IMG/VR virus record: IMGVR_UViG_2728369130_000006
Location: 43,200-107,199 of that record
DNA from: a virus
Lineage: Duplodnaviria > Heunggongvirae > Uroviricota > Caudoviricetes
Direction: 5' to 3' (one strand)
DNA length: 64,000 bases
Part shown: piece by piece, positions 37,725-47,189 of the stretch
Layout: every line of letters begins with the position of its first letter
Position numbering within the stretch: the first letter of the stretch is position 1
Program-made: the position numbers and the translations under genes
Notes under the pieces: model-generated
Told to the model about the DNA's origin: nothing
Databases searched by the model: none
What the model saw: only the letters and a program-made list of their open reading frames with translations

Positions 37725-38045
37725 ATGGAAAGTTATGTGCACATTAAATGCCCTAAATGTACCTATAGTTTTAATGAGTATATCGACAATCACTATTCTC
37801 ATGTAAGTGATTTTGAGGTATGTGAACATTGCGGTTCAGTGAACCAGATTACAAAATTCAATGAAATCAAAGATACAGATGTAATTCTCGATATCATTGG
37901 TGAAGAATTAGAAAATGCGAATTATCATAGCTTTACCTCACTTCCGATGTGTATTTTTGATGTAGTTAAAGATTTTGCTAAACCAGAAGATCATGTGAAT
38001 CTTGCAAGGAGAATTGCTCTAGCTATTCATGAAGGGGTGAGATAA
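37725..38045 (+). CDS. zinc-ribbon protein, hypothetical
   Basis: CPKC...CEHCG. RBS GAAGGAGGG. Confidence 0.4.
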   Translation: MESYVHIKCPKCTYSFNEYIDNHYSHVSDFEVCEHCGSVNQITKFNEIKDTDVILDIIGEELENANYHSFTSLPMCIFDVVKDFAKPEDHVNLARRIALAIHEGVR

Positions 38046-38181
38046 AGCATGAAGGTTGTAATTGGTTCTCTGATTATCTTGTTTATTTTTGCTTTTGGAG
38101 TATGGTTAATGCTAAGCCCAACTTTCGGGAAAGTAGGCAAGCAAGCAACTAAAATTAAAAAAATTATGGAGGAAGATAAGA

Positions 38182-38982
38182 ATGAATAAAAAGATTATTG
38201 GTGGAATTATTGTTGGTGGAGCATTGGTATTAGGAGGGATTCTGGGATCAATGTTTATTGAGAAGATCCCAAATGGATATGTAGGAGTTGTTTACTCACC
38301 AAATGGTGGAGTGAAAGATACGACATTAGATCAAGGATGGCATGTGGTTGGTCTGTTTGACAAGGTAACAGAATATCCTGTTCGTATGCAAACTGTGAAC
38401 AATGAAGATATTAAAGTAGCTACTTCTGATGGGAAAAACATTTCAATGGATATCGCCTATAACTATGTCGTTCAGCCAGATAAAGTAGTTGATGTATTCA
38501 ATAAGTTCGGTGCAGTTGATGTTGAACAAATTGAAAATACATACTTGAAAACGCGTCTATGGGATGCGGCAAGACAATCAATTTCTAAATATTCAGTAAT
38601 TGATACATATGGTCAAAAATCTTCCGAAGCGGCCGCAGAAGTTCAAAAGGCTTTTGCAGAAGACATGAAGAAATATGGATTCATTATTGATGATTTAACT
38701 CTTGGTGTTCCAAAACCAGATAAAGCTACACAAGAAGCAATTGACGCGCGTGTGAAATCATCTCAAGAGCTTGAGCGTTCTCAAACAGAAATCAAAATTG
38801 CAGAAGCAGAAGCTAAGAAGAAAAAGATTGAAGCGCAAGGTATTGCAGACTATAACGAAACCATTAGAAAATCGATGTCAGATGAAATGATCAAATATCA
38901 ATGGATTCAAAAATGGGACGGTAAGACACCTAAAGCAACTGGCTCAAATTCAATGATTCAACTGCCGTTAGAGGATAAGTAA
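38182..38982 (+). CDS. SPFH/band-7 (prohibitin/HflK-like) membrane protein
   Basis: N-terminal transmembrane helix, then GYVGVVYS....TL.QGWHVV..FDKV...P...Q.......V.T.DG, then an A/E/K coiled coil. Confidence 0.55.
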   Translation: MNKKIIGGIIVGGALVLGGILGSMFIEKIPNGYVGVVYSPNGGVKDTTLDQGWHVVGLFDKVTEYPVRMQTVNNEDIKVATSDGKNISMDIAYNYVVQPDKVVDVFNKFGAVDVEQIENTYLKTRLWDAARQSISKYSVIDTYGQKSSEAAAEVQKAFAEDMKKYGFIIDDLTLGVPKPDKATQEAIDARVKSSQELERSQTEIKIAEAEAKKKKIEAQGIADYNETIRKSMSDEMIKYQWIQKWDGKTPKATGSNSMIQLPLEDK

Positions 38983-38983
38983 T

Positions 38984-39014
38984 AAAGTCAAGGGAGCTAC
39001 TCCCTGGCTTTATT
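38984..39014 (+). terminator. putative terminator hairpin
   Basis: aagtcaagggag-cta-ctccctggctt followed by tatt. Confidence 0.35.
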
Positions 39015-39052
39015 ATAAGATTAAAAATTCAATAATAAGGGAGAGATAAAAT

Positions 39053-39247
39053 ATGAAAAGATATGAAGTTGAATTAGAAATTGTTCAAAAATTCACTACT
39101 ACAGTAGTTGTTCAGGGTGACTTTAAAGATAGTCTCGATCCAAGAATCGATAAACTTGCTGAGGAAAAGGCAGATTTAATGAATCATGATGATTGGAACT
39201 ATGAAGAGACTGAATTTGAAATTTTAAATGTATTCGAAGAAAAATAA
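39053..39247 (+). CDS. hypothetical small acidic protein
   Basis: RBS AGGGAGAG. Confidence 0.35.
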   Translation: MKRYEVELEIVQKFTTTVVVQGDFKDSLDPRIDKLAEEKADLMNHDDWNYEETEFEILNVFEEK

Positions 39248-39278
39248 AAGGAAGAGTTAAAATGCAGGTGAAGTATGT

Positions 39279-39638
39279 ATGATAAAGGTTTCGGTATATA
39301 CAGCAAATACAGATATAGACCATAATCATGGAACATTTACGAAAGGTACGAAGTATTTTGGAAGACATTCATTAAGCGGTGATATGTTTCTTATGATGAG
39401 TAATGAAGGATATTGGATTCCTTTTGTTGTAAGGTATTTTGCTAAGGGCGGTCTAAATTCTTTTTTGAAAAACTTTAAGAAAGAAAAAGAATGTTTATAC
39501 ATACGAAATAAAAAGGATATTTATAAAATTGGATTAACTCATGAATGGGAAAGCTTAAACGAATTTACAAATGTGTATTCTCGATGTGAGGGGTGTTATT
39601 ACTCTAAGGCATTTTGCAACTGTGAAGAAGAAGACTAA
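39279..39638 (+). CDS. hypothetical Cys-rich protein
   Basis: C-terminal CEGCYYSKAFCNCEE. Confidence 0.35.
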   Translation: MIKVSVYTANTDIDHNHGTFTKGTKYFGRHSLSGDMFLMMSNEGYWIPFVVRYFAKGGLNSFLKNFKKEKECLYIRNKKDIYKIGLTHEWESLNEFTNVYSRCEGCYYSKAFCNCEEED

Positions 39639-39708
39639 TTTGGCAAGGAAAAAGATATTATATCCAATTCATTAAAGATGATTTAGGTTTAAAAAAGGAG
39701 AGGAATAA

Positions 39709-40290
39709 ATGAGAGTAGATATTATGGTAGACATTGAATCACTTGGTAAAAAGATCGATTCAACAATCATTCAAATTGCCGCAATATCTTTCGATATTAA
39801 CACAGGTAAATACATATCAAGTTTTAATCAGGTTGTTGATTTGGGAAGAAATTCTGAACAACCAAATCTGGACGCGGACACAATTAAATGGTGGATTGAA
39901 ACAGATGTCAAACTCTTTGCAGAGCTTATTAGCAATGGAACTGTGTCTTCATCTGAGTTGTTTAATAATTTTTATAAATGGATTGTAGATCAGGGAGAAA
40001 AGAAAAGCATTTATCTATGGGGAAATGGGATTCTTTTTGATAATAAGATGATACAGTATCAACTTGAAAATCATCACAATCTTCCATACCCTATATTTTA
40101 TAAAAATGATAGAGACGTTAGAACAATCCTAGAATTGGCAAGTAAAAAGAGCGGGGTTAACGAAAGAGAGATAAAAGAAAGAGTAAAACATTTTATGATT
40201 GATGAAAATTTAGTTGAGCATAATGCATTGGATGATGTTAAATATCAAATCAGATTAGTCACGGAATGTTATAGAACTTTAATTTCTTAA
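39709..40290 (+). CDS. DEDDh-family 3'-5' exonuclease (DnaQ/oligoribonuclease-like)
   Basis: VDIESLG (Exo I) and VEHNALDDV (Exo III, H-x4-D). Confidence 0.5.
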   Translation: MRVDIMVDIESLGKKIDSTIIQIAAISFDINTGKYISSFNQVVDLGRNSEQPNLDADTIKWWIETDVKLFAELISNGTVSSSELFNNFYKWIVDQGEKKSIYLWGNGILFDNKMIQYQLENHHNLPYPIFYKNDRDVRTILELASKKSGVNEREIKERVKHFMIDENLVEHNALDDVKYQIRLVTECYRTLIS

Positions 40291-40317
40291 AAAGAGCGAT
40301 ATAATCGTTCTTTTTTG
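40291..40317 (+). terminator. putative terminator
   Basis: aagagcgat-ataa-tcgttctt followed by ttttt. Confidence 0.35.
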
Positions 40318-40346
40318 TTTACTAAACTAATTAATAATGTTATAAT
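40318..40346 (+). promoter_or_regulatory. promoter TTTACT-AAACTAATTAATAATGT-TATAAT
   Basis: Read directly from the sequence. A perfect 7-bp stem GGCACTT-gttta-AAGTGCC lies in the leader at 40367-40385. Confidence 0.5.
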
Positions 40347-40478
40347 AGACTTATCAATAAAAAGACGGCACTTGTTTAAAGTGCCGCAGAAAAGAAGAAA
40401 ACATAGTGTTGTGGGAATTAATATAGCCCTCTTATTGTACTATAGTTCTGAATAAAATTCAACAAAGGAGATAGATAT

Positions 40479-41201
40479 ATGACTACAGATAGAGAAATTG
40501 TCTTAAAAGCGTTGGTGGGGAGTCATAATTATAATTTAGCAACAGAAGAGTCTGATAAGGATTATAAAGTATTTGTCGCTCCAACTTTTGAAGACTTATA
40601 TATGGGAAAAGAATATTCAAAATCAGTAATTACTGATTCGGAAGACAATGATTTTCATGATATCAGAAAGCTGTCAAAGTTGCTTTTTAAATCAAATATC
40701 AACTTCCTTGAGGTATTGGCCTCGACAGAAATCGAAGTAGCGAACAACCCTGAAATTGAAGAAATCTATTCAATGAGGGAGGACATTTTTCGAATGAATC
40801 TGCCGTATTTATATAATGCTTGCGGCGGAATGCATAAGAACAAAATGAGTCTTTTACATAAAGGAACAGAAGGAACTCAACATTTAGTTGATAAGTTTGG
40901 ATATGACACCAAACAAGCTCAGCACGCTTATAGATGCTTAAAGGTAATTGTAGATTACGCAGAGAATAAATTTGAAGACTTTGAAGCGGTTATTAAATAC
41001 TCTGGAGAAGATAAAGAATTTATGATGGATATTAGGAATGGAGTTTTTGAAAGAGAGGTTTTTGAAAACTTTATTAAACATTATCATGATTCTATGTTTT
41101 CTCATCTCAAAGAGGTGTATCACTCACATGAACCCAACTTAGAATTAAAGTCAAAAATTGATAAGTTAATCATGCAGTTAGTAAAAAGAAAACTAAAATA
41201 A
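40479..41201 (+). CDS. Pol-beta-superfamily nucleotidyltransferase (pfam10127/RlaP-like)
   Basis: LVGSHNYNLATEESDKDYKVFV fits the hG[GS]x9-13Dh[DE]h motif. Confidence 0.45.
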   Translation: MTTDREIVLKALVGSHNYNLATEESDKDYKVFVAPTFEDLYMGKEYSKSVITDSEDNDFHDIRKLSKLLFKSNINFLEVLASTEIEVANNPEIEEIYSMREDIFRMNLPYLYNACGGMHKNKMSLLHKGTEGTQHLVDKFGYDTKQAQHAYRCLKVIVDYAENKFEDFEAVIKYSGEDKEFMMDIRNGVFEREVFENFIKHYHDSMFSHLKEVYHSHEPNLELKSKIDKLIMQLVKRKLK

Positions 41202-41248
41202 AACTACATATTAATAGAAAAACATTTAATTTAATAAGGGGGAAGTTT

Positions 41249-41833
41249 ATGAAAAACTGTACTAATCATTTCAATTTAAGGTGGACAGAGAGGATAGTTG
41301 GAATTGAAGATGAAAAGGAAATTAAAGATTATGTAGCAAAGAATAAGGATTTGATTTATGAACATGCGAATAAAACATTTGAATTTGCTACATTTATTTA
41401 TAAAGGACAGATTGGGGATAATGTTACAAGAAATTACCACATCAAAGACAATATCATTTTTGTAACAAATACCACAGATGATGCATTTATCACAACCTAT
41501 AAAATTGATTTTGGGCTTCCAGAAGACTTAAATGCAACAATTAGAAAACGTCTGATCGAAGAGATCGAAAAGCTAAGGAATGAAAAAGAAAATATTGAGC
41601 TTAAGATCTTAGAGGAAGTTGAAGACAAAGAGCATGAAATTAAAACAACAGAAGATAATATAAAAATATTAGAAGAACAGCTTTCAAATTTTCGTAAACA
41701 AAAAGAATTTTTACAAAATGAAGTGAAGTCTATAAAAAGTAAGTCATTAAACGTTGGATTAGAGTTAAAAAGATACACCTTAATGTTGGTTAACTCTAAA
41801 GATTATAAAAAAGATTTAACAACTTTAAAATAA
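41249..41833 (+). CDS. hypothetical coiled-coil protein
   Basis: RBS GGGGGAAG. Confidence 0.4.
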   Translation: MKNCTNHFNLRWTERIVGIEDEKEIKDYVAKNKDLIYEHANKTFEFATFIYKGQIGDNVTRNYHIKDNIIFVTNTTDDAFITTYKIDFGLPEDLNATIRKRLIEEIEKLRNEKENIELKILEEVEDKEHEIKTTEDNIKILEEQLSNFRKQKEFLQNEVKSIKSKSLNVGLELKRYTLMLVNSKDYKKDLTTLK

Positions 41834-41863
41834 AAAATACATAAAAATTGTAAGGATGATGAT

Positions 41864-42685
41864 ATGAATAAAAGAAAAATGGGAGTGGACAGAAAAGGAG
41901 TGGTGATATGGAAAGATGAAAACAATAAAAGAGTTTGCTCAGTTGAAAATTGTTTTATAAAACACAATAAGCAGGGGTATTGTGTAAAGCATTATAGAGA
42001 ACTAAAAGAGGACAAGGTGTGCAAGGTTGAAAATTGCTATCTGAAAATTTTAGCCTCAAATTTATGTACAAGGCATTATAAACAAAAATACAGAAATGGT
42101 GAAACTGTAAATAGGACTATATATGATAAAAATGAAATAATTCTTCATAGTCAATATGCAGAAATAAAAATGTTTGATAAGTATGGAAAGTATGTAGCAT
42201 CAACAATTATTGATATTGAAGATGTGGATAAAGTGAAAAAATATAAATGGCATTTGAATGATAATGGATATGTTAGAAGTAGAAGTATTAATACATATAT
42301 TCATAGGTTTTTATTAAATGCTGTTTTAGATGATGTTGATCATATAAATCATGACACATTAGATAACAGAAAAGGCAACTTAAGAGAATGTTCGCATTCC
42401 GATAATAATAAAAATTCTGTGAAAGTCAACTCAAACACAGGGATCAGAGGGGTTTATTATTCAAAAAATAATAACAAATATTATAGCTCCATACATTCGA
42501 ATGGAAAGAGATATGCAACAGAGTTTTGTGAAACTTTATCGGAAGCACTAAATTATAGAGAAATAATGGAATTATACTTACATAAAGAATATTCTCCTAA
42601 ATACGATTATCTTTTGTCTAAATACGGGGAGATAAATGAAGAGGAGTTTTTAAATATCGCTAAATATATTAGCAATTACAGTTGA
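41864..42685 (+). CDS. HNH-family homing endonuclease with an AP2 DNA-binding domain (free-standing)
   Basis: YVRSRS...HRFLL....DHINHDTLDNRKGNLRECS..DN (HNH_3) and GIRGVYY...NKYYSSIHSNGKRY (AP2). N-terminal CxxH/CxxHY repeats. Confidence 0.5.
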   Translation: MNKRKMGVDRKGVVIWKDENNKRVCSVENCFIKHNKQGYCVKHYRELKEDKVCKVENCYLKILASNLCTRHYKQKYRNGETVNRTIYDKNEIILHSQYAEIKMFDKYGKYVASTIIDIEDVDKVKKYKWHLNDNGYVRSRSINTYIHRFLLNAVLDDVDHINHDTLDNRKGNLRECSHSDNNKNSVKVNSNTGIRGVYYSKNNNKYYSSIHSNGKRYATEFCETLSEALNYREIMELYLHKEYSPKYDYLLSKYGEINEEEFLNIAKYISNYS

Positions 42686-42695
42686 GGTGAAGTGA

Positions 42696-44654
42696 ATGTC
42701 AGAAAACATCAAGCAATTGTCAGAGAAAGATAAAGTTAGAAGAAAAATATCCGTATGGTTAGGGGCTTCTAATCATATTGCTGTAATTCATACAGTTAAA
42801 GAACTTGTAGGGAATAGTGTAGACGAAATAAACAAGGGCAATGGAGACAGAATTAAAATTACTTTACATAATGATAAAACTATAACTGTCGAAGACAATT
42901 GTAAAGGACTTCCCTTTGAAGGAAAAAATGAAAATGGTGTTGAAAATTATAAGCTTTTAACAGAGACGTTATTCGCGGGAACAAAATATGATAATGGTAT
43001 TGAAAATGAAAATTATACGGTTGGAACAAATGGCGTGTTTCTGACTGTGCTCACATTTTCATCACAGAAAGTTGAGTATGAAGTATCTCGACCGAATGGG
43101 AAAGTATACTCTCTTTCATATGAAAAAGGGGAGATTGCTCAGCCTTTTGCTGAAATTGGAGAGAACGATAAAACCTATACAAAAATAAAATATACGTTAG
43201 ATGATGATGTTTATGAAGAAAATTACTTCACATTTGATGAATTATGCGAATTAGCTTCACAACAAGCATCCCTAATTAACGGGCAGATTGAAGTTGTTGA
43301 TGAAATCAATAATATAGAAAAGTGTTTTAAATATGAAAATGGAATACGAGAACTTTTAGAATTGCAAACTTCTCAATTAGAATCTATTCACGACACTATT
43401 TTTTTTGAAAAAGAAGCGTCATTCGAGGCAAAACAAGATGGGAAAAGTGTATTAGATAATATGAAAATTTCTTTAGCTCTAACTTATACTAAAGAAGATG
43501 AAGATAATTTACAAATTGAGTTTTTAAATGGAAGTAATCTTATCCATCATGGAACAATTTACGATGGTCTTGTTAGTGGATTAAGGAATATTATAAATAG
43601 ATATTTAAATGAAAATAATATGTATAAAAAAAATGAAAAACAGATAACCAAAGATGATGTTACTGTTGGCCTAAATTATATTATTAATTTTAAATCTTAT
43701 TTTCCTGTCTTCGCAAACCAAACCAAGTTCGCATCATATGTAAAATATTATGAATCTGTCATGAAAAATACCTTGGAATCATTTTTTGAGTCCTACGTTA
43801 TCGAAAATAAAAACTCAATGGATATTATCGCAAAAAAAGTATTAGTAAACAAAAATAGTCGAGAAAAAGCTGAGGCGACAAGGCTCAATGTCAAAAAGAA
43901 ACTGTCGGGTACGGTTAACAATTTAACCAATCGTGTTGAGGGTTTTGTAAACTGTAAATCAAAAGATAATACAAAAACAGAATTATATCTTGTGGAAGGG
44001 AAGTCAGCTTTAGGATCAACCAAACAAGGAAGAGATGCTGAGTTTCAGGCTATATATGCATTGCGTGGCAAGATTCTCAACTGCTTAAAGGCTGATTATG
44101 ACAAAATTTTTAAAAATGACATTATTATCGATCTGATTAAATTACTTGGGTGTGGCATCGAAGTTAAATCTAAACATGCCAAAGACTTGAATAGTTTTGA
44201 TATCAACAAATTACGATGGTCAAAAATAGTCATTACAACAGATGCAGACGTAGATGGATTCCACATTAGAACACTCCTTCTTACGGCTATCTATAGGCTT
44301 ATGCCTACTCTTATTGAAAAGGGATATGTATATATTGCAGAATCTCCATTATATGAAATTGAACAAGATGACACATCAGTATTTGCATACAGTGACAAAG
44401 AAAAAGATGAAATTGTATCAAATATGAAAGGTGACTATACGGTTCAACGATCTAAAGGGTTAGGAGAGAATACCGCAGAAATGATGTGGGAAACCACCAT
44501 GAATCCTGAAACGCGTAAATTAATCAAGGTAACTCCAAGCGGCATAGAAGACACTTTGCATTACTTTGAAATGTTTCTAGGAGACGATTTATCTGCACGC
44601 AAAAAATATATTGAAGATAACCTTCATCTTTATATAGAAGATGCGCTTGATTAG
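42696..44654 (+). CDS. type II DNA topoisomerase, ATPase/TOPRIM subunit (GyrB/ParE/T4 gp39-like)
   Basis: GHKL ATPase N-terminus (VKELVGNSVDE). TOPRIM region LYLVEGKSA...ITTDADVDGFHI. Confidence 0.6.
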   Translation: MSENIKQLSEKDKVRRKISVWLGASNHIAVIHTVKELVGNSVDEINKGNGDRIKITLHNDKTITVEDNCKGLPFEGKNENGVENYKLLTETLFAGTKYDNGIENENYTVGTNGVFLTVLTFSSQKVEYEVSRPNGKVYSLSYEKGEIAQPFAEIGENDKTYTKIKYTLDDDVYEENYFTFDELCELASQQASLINGQIEVVDEINNIEKCFKYENGIRELLELQTSQLESIHDTIFFEKEASFEAKQDGKSVLDNMKISLALTYTKEDEDNLQIEFLNGSNLIHHGTIYDGLVSGLRNIINRYLNENNMYKKNEKQITKDDVTVGLNYIINFKSYFPVFANQTKFASYVKYYESVMKNTLESFFESYVIENKNSMDIIAKKVLVNKNSREKAEATRLNVKKKLSGTVNNLTNRVEGFVNCKSKDNTKTELYLVEGKSALGSTKQGRDAEFQAIYALRGKILNCLKADYDKIFKNDIIIDLIKLLGCGIEVKSKHAKDLNSFDINKLRWSKIVITTDADVDGFHIRTLLLTAIYRLMPTLIEKGYVYIAESPLYEIEQDDTSVFAYSDKEKDEIVSNMKGDYTVQRSKGLGENTAEMMWETTMNPETRKLIKVTPSGIEDTLHYFEMFLGDDLSARKKYIEDNLHLYIEDALD

Positions 44655-44666
44655 GAGGAAAAGTAA

Positions 44667-46838
44667 ATGACTAACATGATTGAAGAAAACATTGTTGAAA
44701 CGCTTACCAAAAATTATATGCCTTATACAGCGCATGTTATTATGGAGAGAGCTTTACCTGAAATCGATGGGTTAAAACCATCTCAAAGAAGGATATTATA
44801 CACCATGTACAAGATGGGTTTACAAAAGGGAGGCCGTAAAAAATCTCAAGGTGTAGTAGGACAAACTATGTTTTTGCATCCTCATGGTGATGCGGCTATC
44901 TATGAGACACTCGTAAGGATGTCTAAAGATGCAGAAGCACTTTTGATTCCATTTATCGATTCGAAAGGTAACTTCGGGAAGCAGTATTCCAGAGATATGA
45001 AGTACGCATCAGCGCGATATACTGAGGTAAGACTTACTGAAATTGCTAAAGAACTGTTTAAAAACATTGATAAAAATACCGTTGAGATGATCGATAACTA
45101 TGATGGAACACTGAAAGAGCCAAGATACCTTCCTGTAACTTTCCCAGCAATATTAACGAATCCGCAGAATGGGATTGCGAATGGCATGGCATCAAGTATT
45201 GCACCATTCAATCTAAATGAAGTAATTGACTACACTATTCAATACATCAAAAATCCAAAACATACAAAGGTTTCTGACTATATTAAAGCTCCAGACTTTC
45301 CTACAGGCGGAAATATTGTGTATAACCAAAGTGAACTTGAAAGAATTTATGATACTGGCAAAGGATCAGTGGTTATTCGCTCTTCATACAGGTTTGAGAA
45401 AAACTCAATTATTTTTGAGGACATTCCTTATACAACATCCTTTGAAGCGGTCATAGAGAAGATTTCCCAGCTTGTTAAAGAAGGGAAACTTAAAGAGGTT
45501 GTAGATGTAGATGATATTTACGGAATCAATTCAAAGGGTATTGAAGTTACAGTTAAAAACAATATTGACAAAAAGCTACTCGTAGAAAAGTTATTCAAAT
45601 TAACTCCGCTACAATCTTCTTTCGGATGCAACTTCAATATCATTGTAAATGGTAGACCAAAGGTTTTGGGAGTAAAGCAAATTATTCACGAATGGTTAGC
45701 TTTTAGAGCAAATACAATCAAACGTGGATTTAGATTTGAAAAGCAGAAGAAGGAATCTAAAATGCATTTGTTGTCTGCATTAAAACAGGTTCTTTTAGAT
45801 ATTGATAAAGCGATCAAGATCATTAGAGAAACCAAGACAAATAATGAAGTTGTCGAAAGACTTATGACTGTGTTTTCGATTGATAAAGAACAAGCAGAAT
45901 TTGTTGCGGAGATTAAATTAAGACATCTCAATAAAGAATATCTAATTAATCGTATTAAAGATATTGAAAACCTAAAGTGTGAAATTGAGAACTTAGACGA
46001 CCTTTTAAACAATCGCAAAAGGTTGGCTCAGTATATTATCGATGAATTGGCTAATGTTAAAAAACTATACGGGAAGCAAAGAAAGTCAAACGTTATCCAA
46101 CTAAGTGATATCCCGAAAATAGAAGCGGATAAAATTGAAGTTGATGATTACAATGTAAAAGTCTTTATAACTAAAGATGGTTATCTGAAAAAAGTTCCTC
46201 TCACATCTCTAAGGGGAAATTACTCGATTAAAGTTAAAGACGGGGATGAAGTTATTAAAGAAGTGGAAACCACTAATAACTCAGAAGTTTTAGTATTTAC
46301 GGATCAGCACCGAGTGTACAAGCACAAAATTTATGAAATTGAAGACCACAAACCATCTAGCTTAGGAGAGTATTTACCGTCATTATTAGAATTAAAAGAA
46401 GAAAACGTTCTTTTTGTAACAGTGACTAATGATTATGATGGGTATCTAATTGTTGGGTTTGAGGACGGAAAGGTTGCAAAAATTGATCTTTCTGCATACC
46501 AAACTAAACAAAATAGAAAAATGCTTACTAAAGCTTATGCAGATAAAACAGCCATTTTCTTTGAGCACATTAGAGAAGATATTGATATTTTGGTGGTTTC
46601 TTCAATTGGAAAGGCTTTAGTATTTAATACATCAATGATTAATTCAAAAACCAGCAAGACTACAATAGGTGTTCAAGTGTTAAAATCAAAGAATGACAGT
46701 ATTGCCGAGGCGTATTATTTACTAAAAGACAAGTTTGAAGAGGCAGAATATTACCGAACTGCAAATGCCGGAGTTGGAAAGTATCTTCGTAAGGAAGACT
46801 TTTCAGATATTTTATTAACGCTTGACAAAACTAATTAA
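44667..46838 (+). CDS. type II DNA topoisomerase, DNA breakage-reunion subunit (GyrA/ParC/T4 gp52-like)
   Basis: YMPYTAHVIMERALPEIDGLKPSQRRILY and active-site region KYASARYTEVRL. Confidence 0.6.
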   Translation: MTNMIEENIVETLTKNYMPYTAHVIMERALPEIDGLKPSQRRILYTMYKMGLQKGGRKKSQGVVGQTMFLHPHGDAAIYETLVRMSKDAEALLIPFIDSKGNFGKQYSRDMKYASARYTEVRLTEIAKELFKNIDKNTVEMIDNYDGTLKEPRYLPVTFPAILTNPQNGIANGMASSIAPFNLNEVIDYTIQYIKNPKHTKVSDYIKAPDFPTGGNIVYNQSELERIYDTGKGSVVIRSSYRFEKNSIIFEDIPYTTSFEAVIEKISQLVKEGKLKEVVDVDDIYGINSKGIEVTVKNNIDKKLLVEKLFKLTPLQSSFGCNFNIIVNGRPKVLGVKQIIHEWLAFRANTIKRGFRFEKQKKESKMHLLSALKQVLLDIDKAIKIIRETKTNNEVVERLMTVFSIDKEQAEFVAEIKLRHLNKEYLINRIKDIENLKCEIENLDDLLNNRKRLAQYIIDELANVKKLYGKQRKSNVIQLSDIPKIEADKIEVDDYNVKVFITKDGYLKKVPLTSLRGNYSIKVKDGDEVIKEVETTNNSEVLVFTDQHRVYKHKIYEIEDHKPSSLGEYLPSLLELKEENVLFVTVTNDYDGYLIVGFEDGKVAKIDLSAYQTKQNRKMLTKAYADKTAIFFEHIREDIDILVVSSIGKALVFNTSMINSKTSKTTIGVQVLKSKNDSIAEAYYLLKDKFEEAEYYRTANAGVGKYLRKEDFSDILLTLDKTN

Positions 46839-46850
46839 TAATGATATTAT
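46822..46850 (+). promoter_or_regulatory. promoter TTGACA-AAACTAATTAATAATGA-TATTAT, embedded in the last codons of the topoisomerase A gene
   Basis: acg ctt gac aaa act aat taa gives ...TLDKTN*. Confidence 0.5.
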
Positions 46851-46920
46851 AATAAGTGTAACGTGTTGAATAGGAGGTCGTCTAAGCCAATGAAGTTTAA
46901 ATGATTTTAAAAAAACAACA

Positions 46921-46936
46921 AAACTAATTAATAATG
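46921..46936 (+). promoter_or_regulatory. conserved element without a -10 hexamer, 20 nt before the nrdH start
   Basis: acaaaactaattaataatgacaaaggag followed by the TTG at 46956. Confidence 0.4.
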
Positions 46937-46955
46937 ACAAAGGAGTTTGATTTAA

Positions 46956-47189
46956 TTGAAAAATGTAATGGTTTATACAAAAAACGGATGTCCACAATGT
47001 GAAATGACAAAAAGATTTTTAACAGGAGAAGACATTGAATTTACATCTATCAATGTAGAAGAAGATGAAAAAGCAATGGATTATGTTAAACATACTTTAG
47101 GCTTGACAGCTATGCCTGTTGTGGTTGTAGAGGGAGAAGAACCATTCACAGGTTTTAGACCAGATAAATTAGAAGAACTTAAAAAATAA
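46956..47189 (+). CDS. nrdH: NrdH glutaredoxin-like redoxin
   Basis: VYTKNGCPQCEMTKRFL (CxxC), about 77 aa, immediately upstream of nrdI and nrdE. Confidence 0.6.
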   Translation: MKNVMVYTKNGCPQCEMTKRFLTGEDIEFTSINVEEDEKAMDYVKHTLGLTAMPVVVVEGEEPFTGFRPDKLEELKK

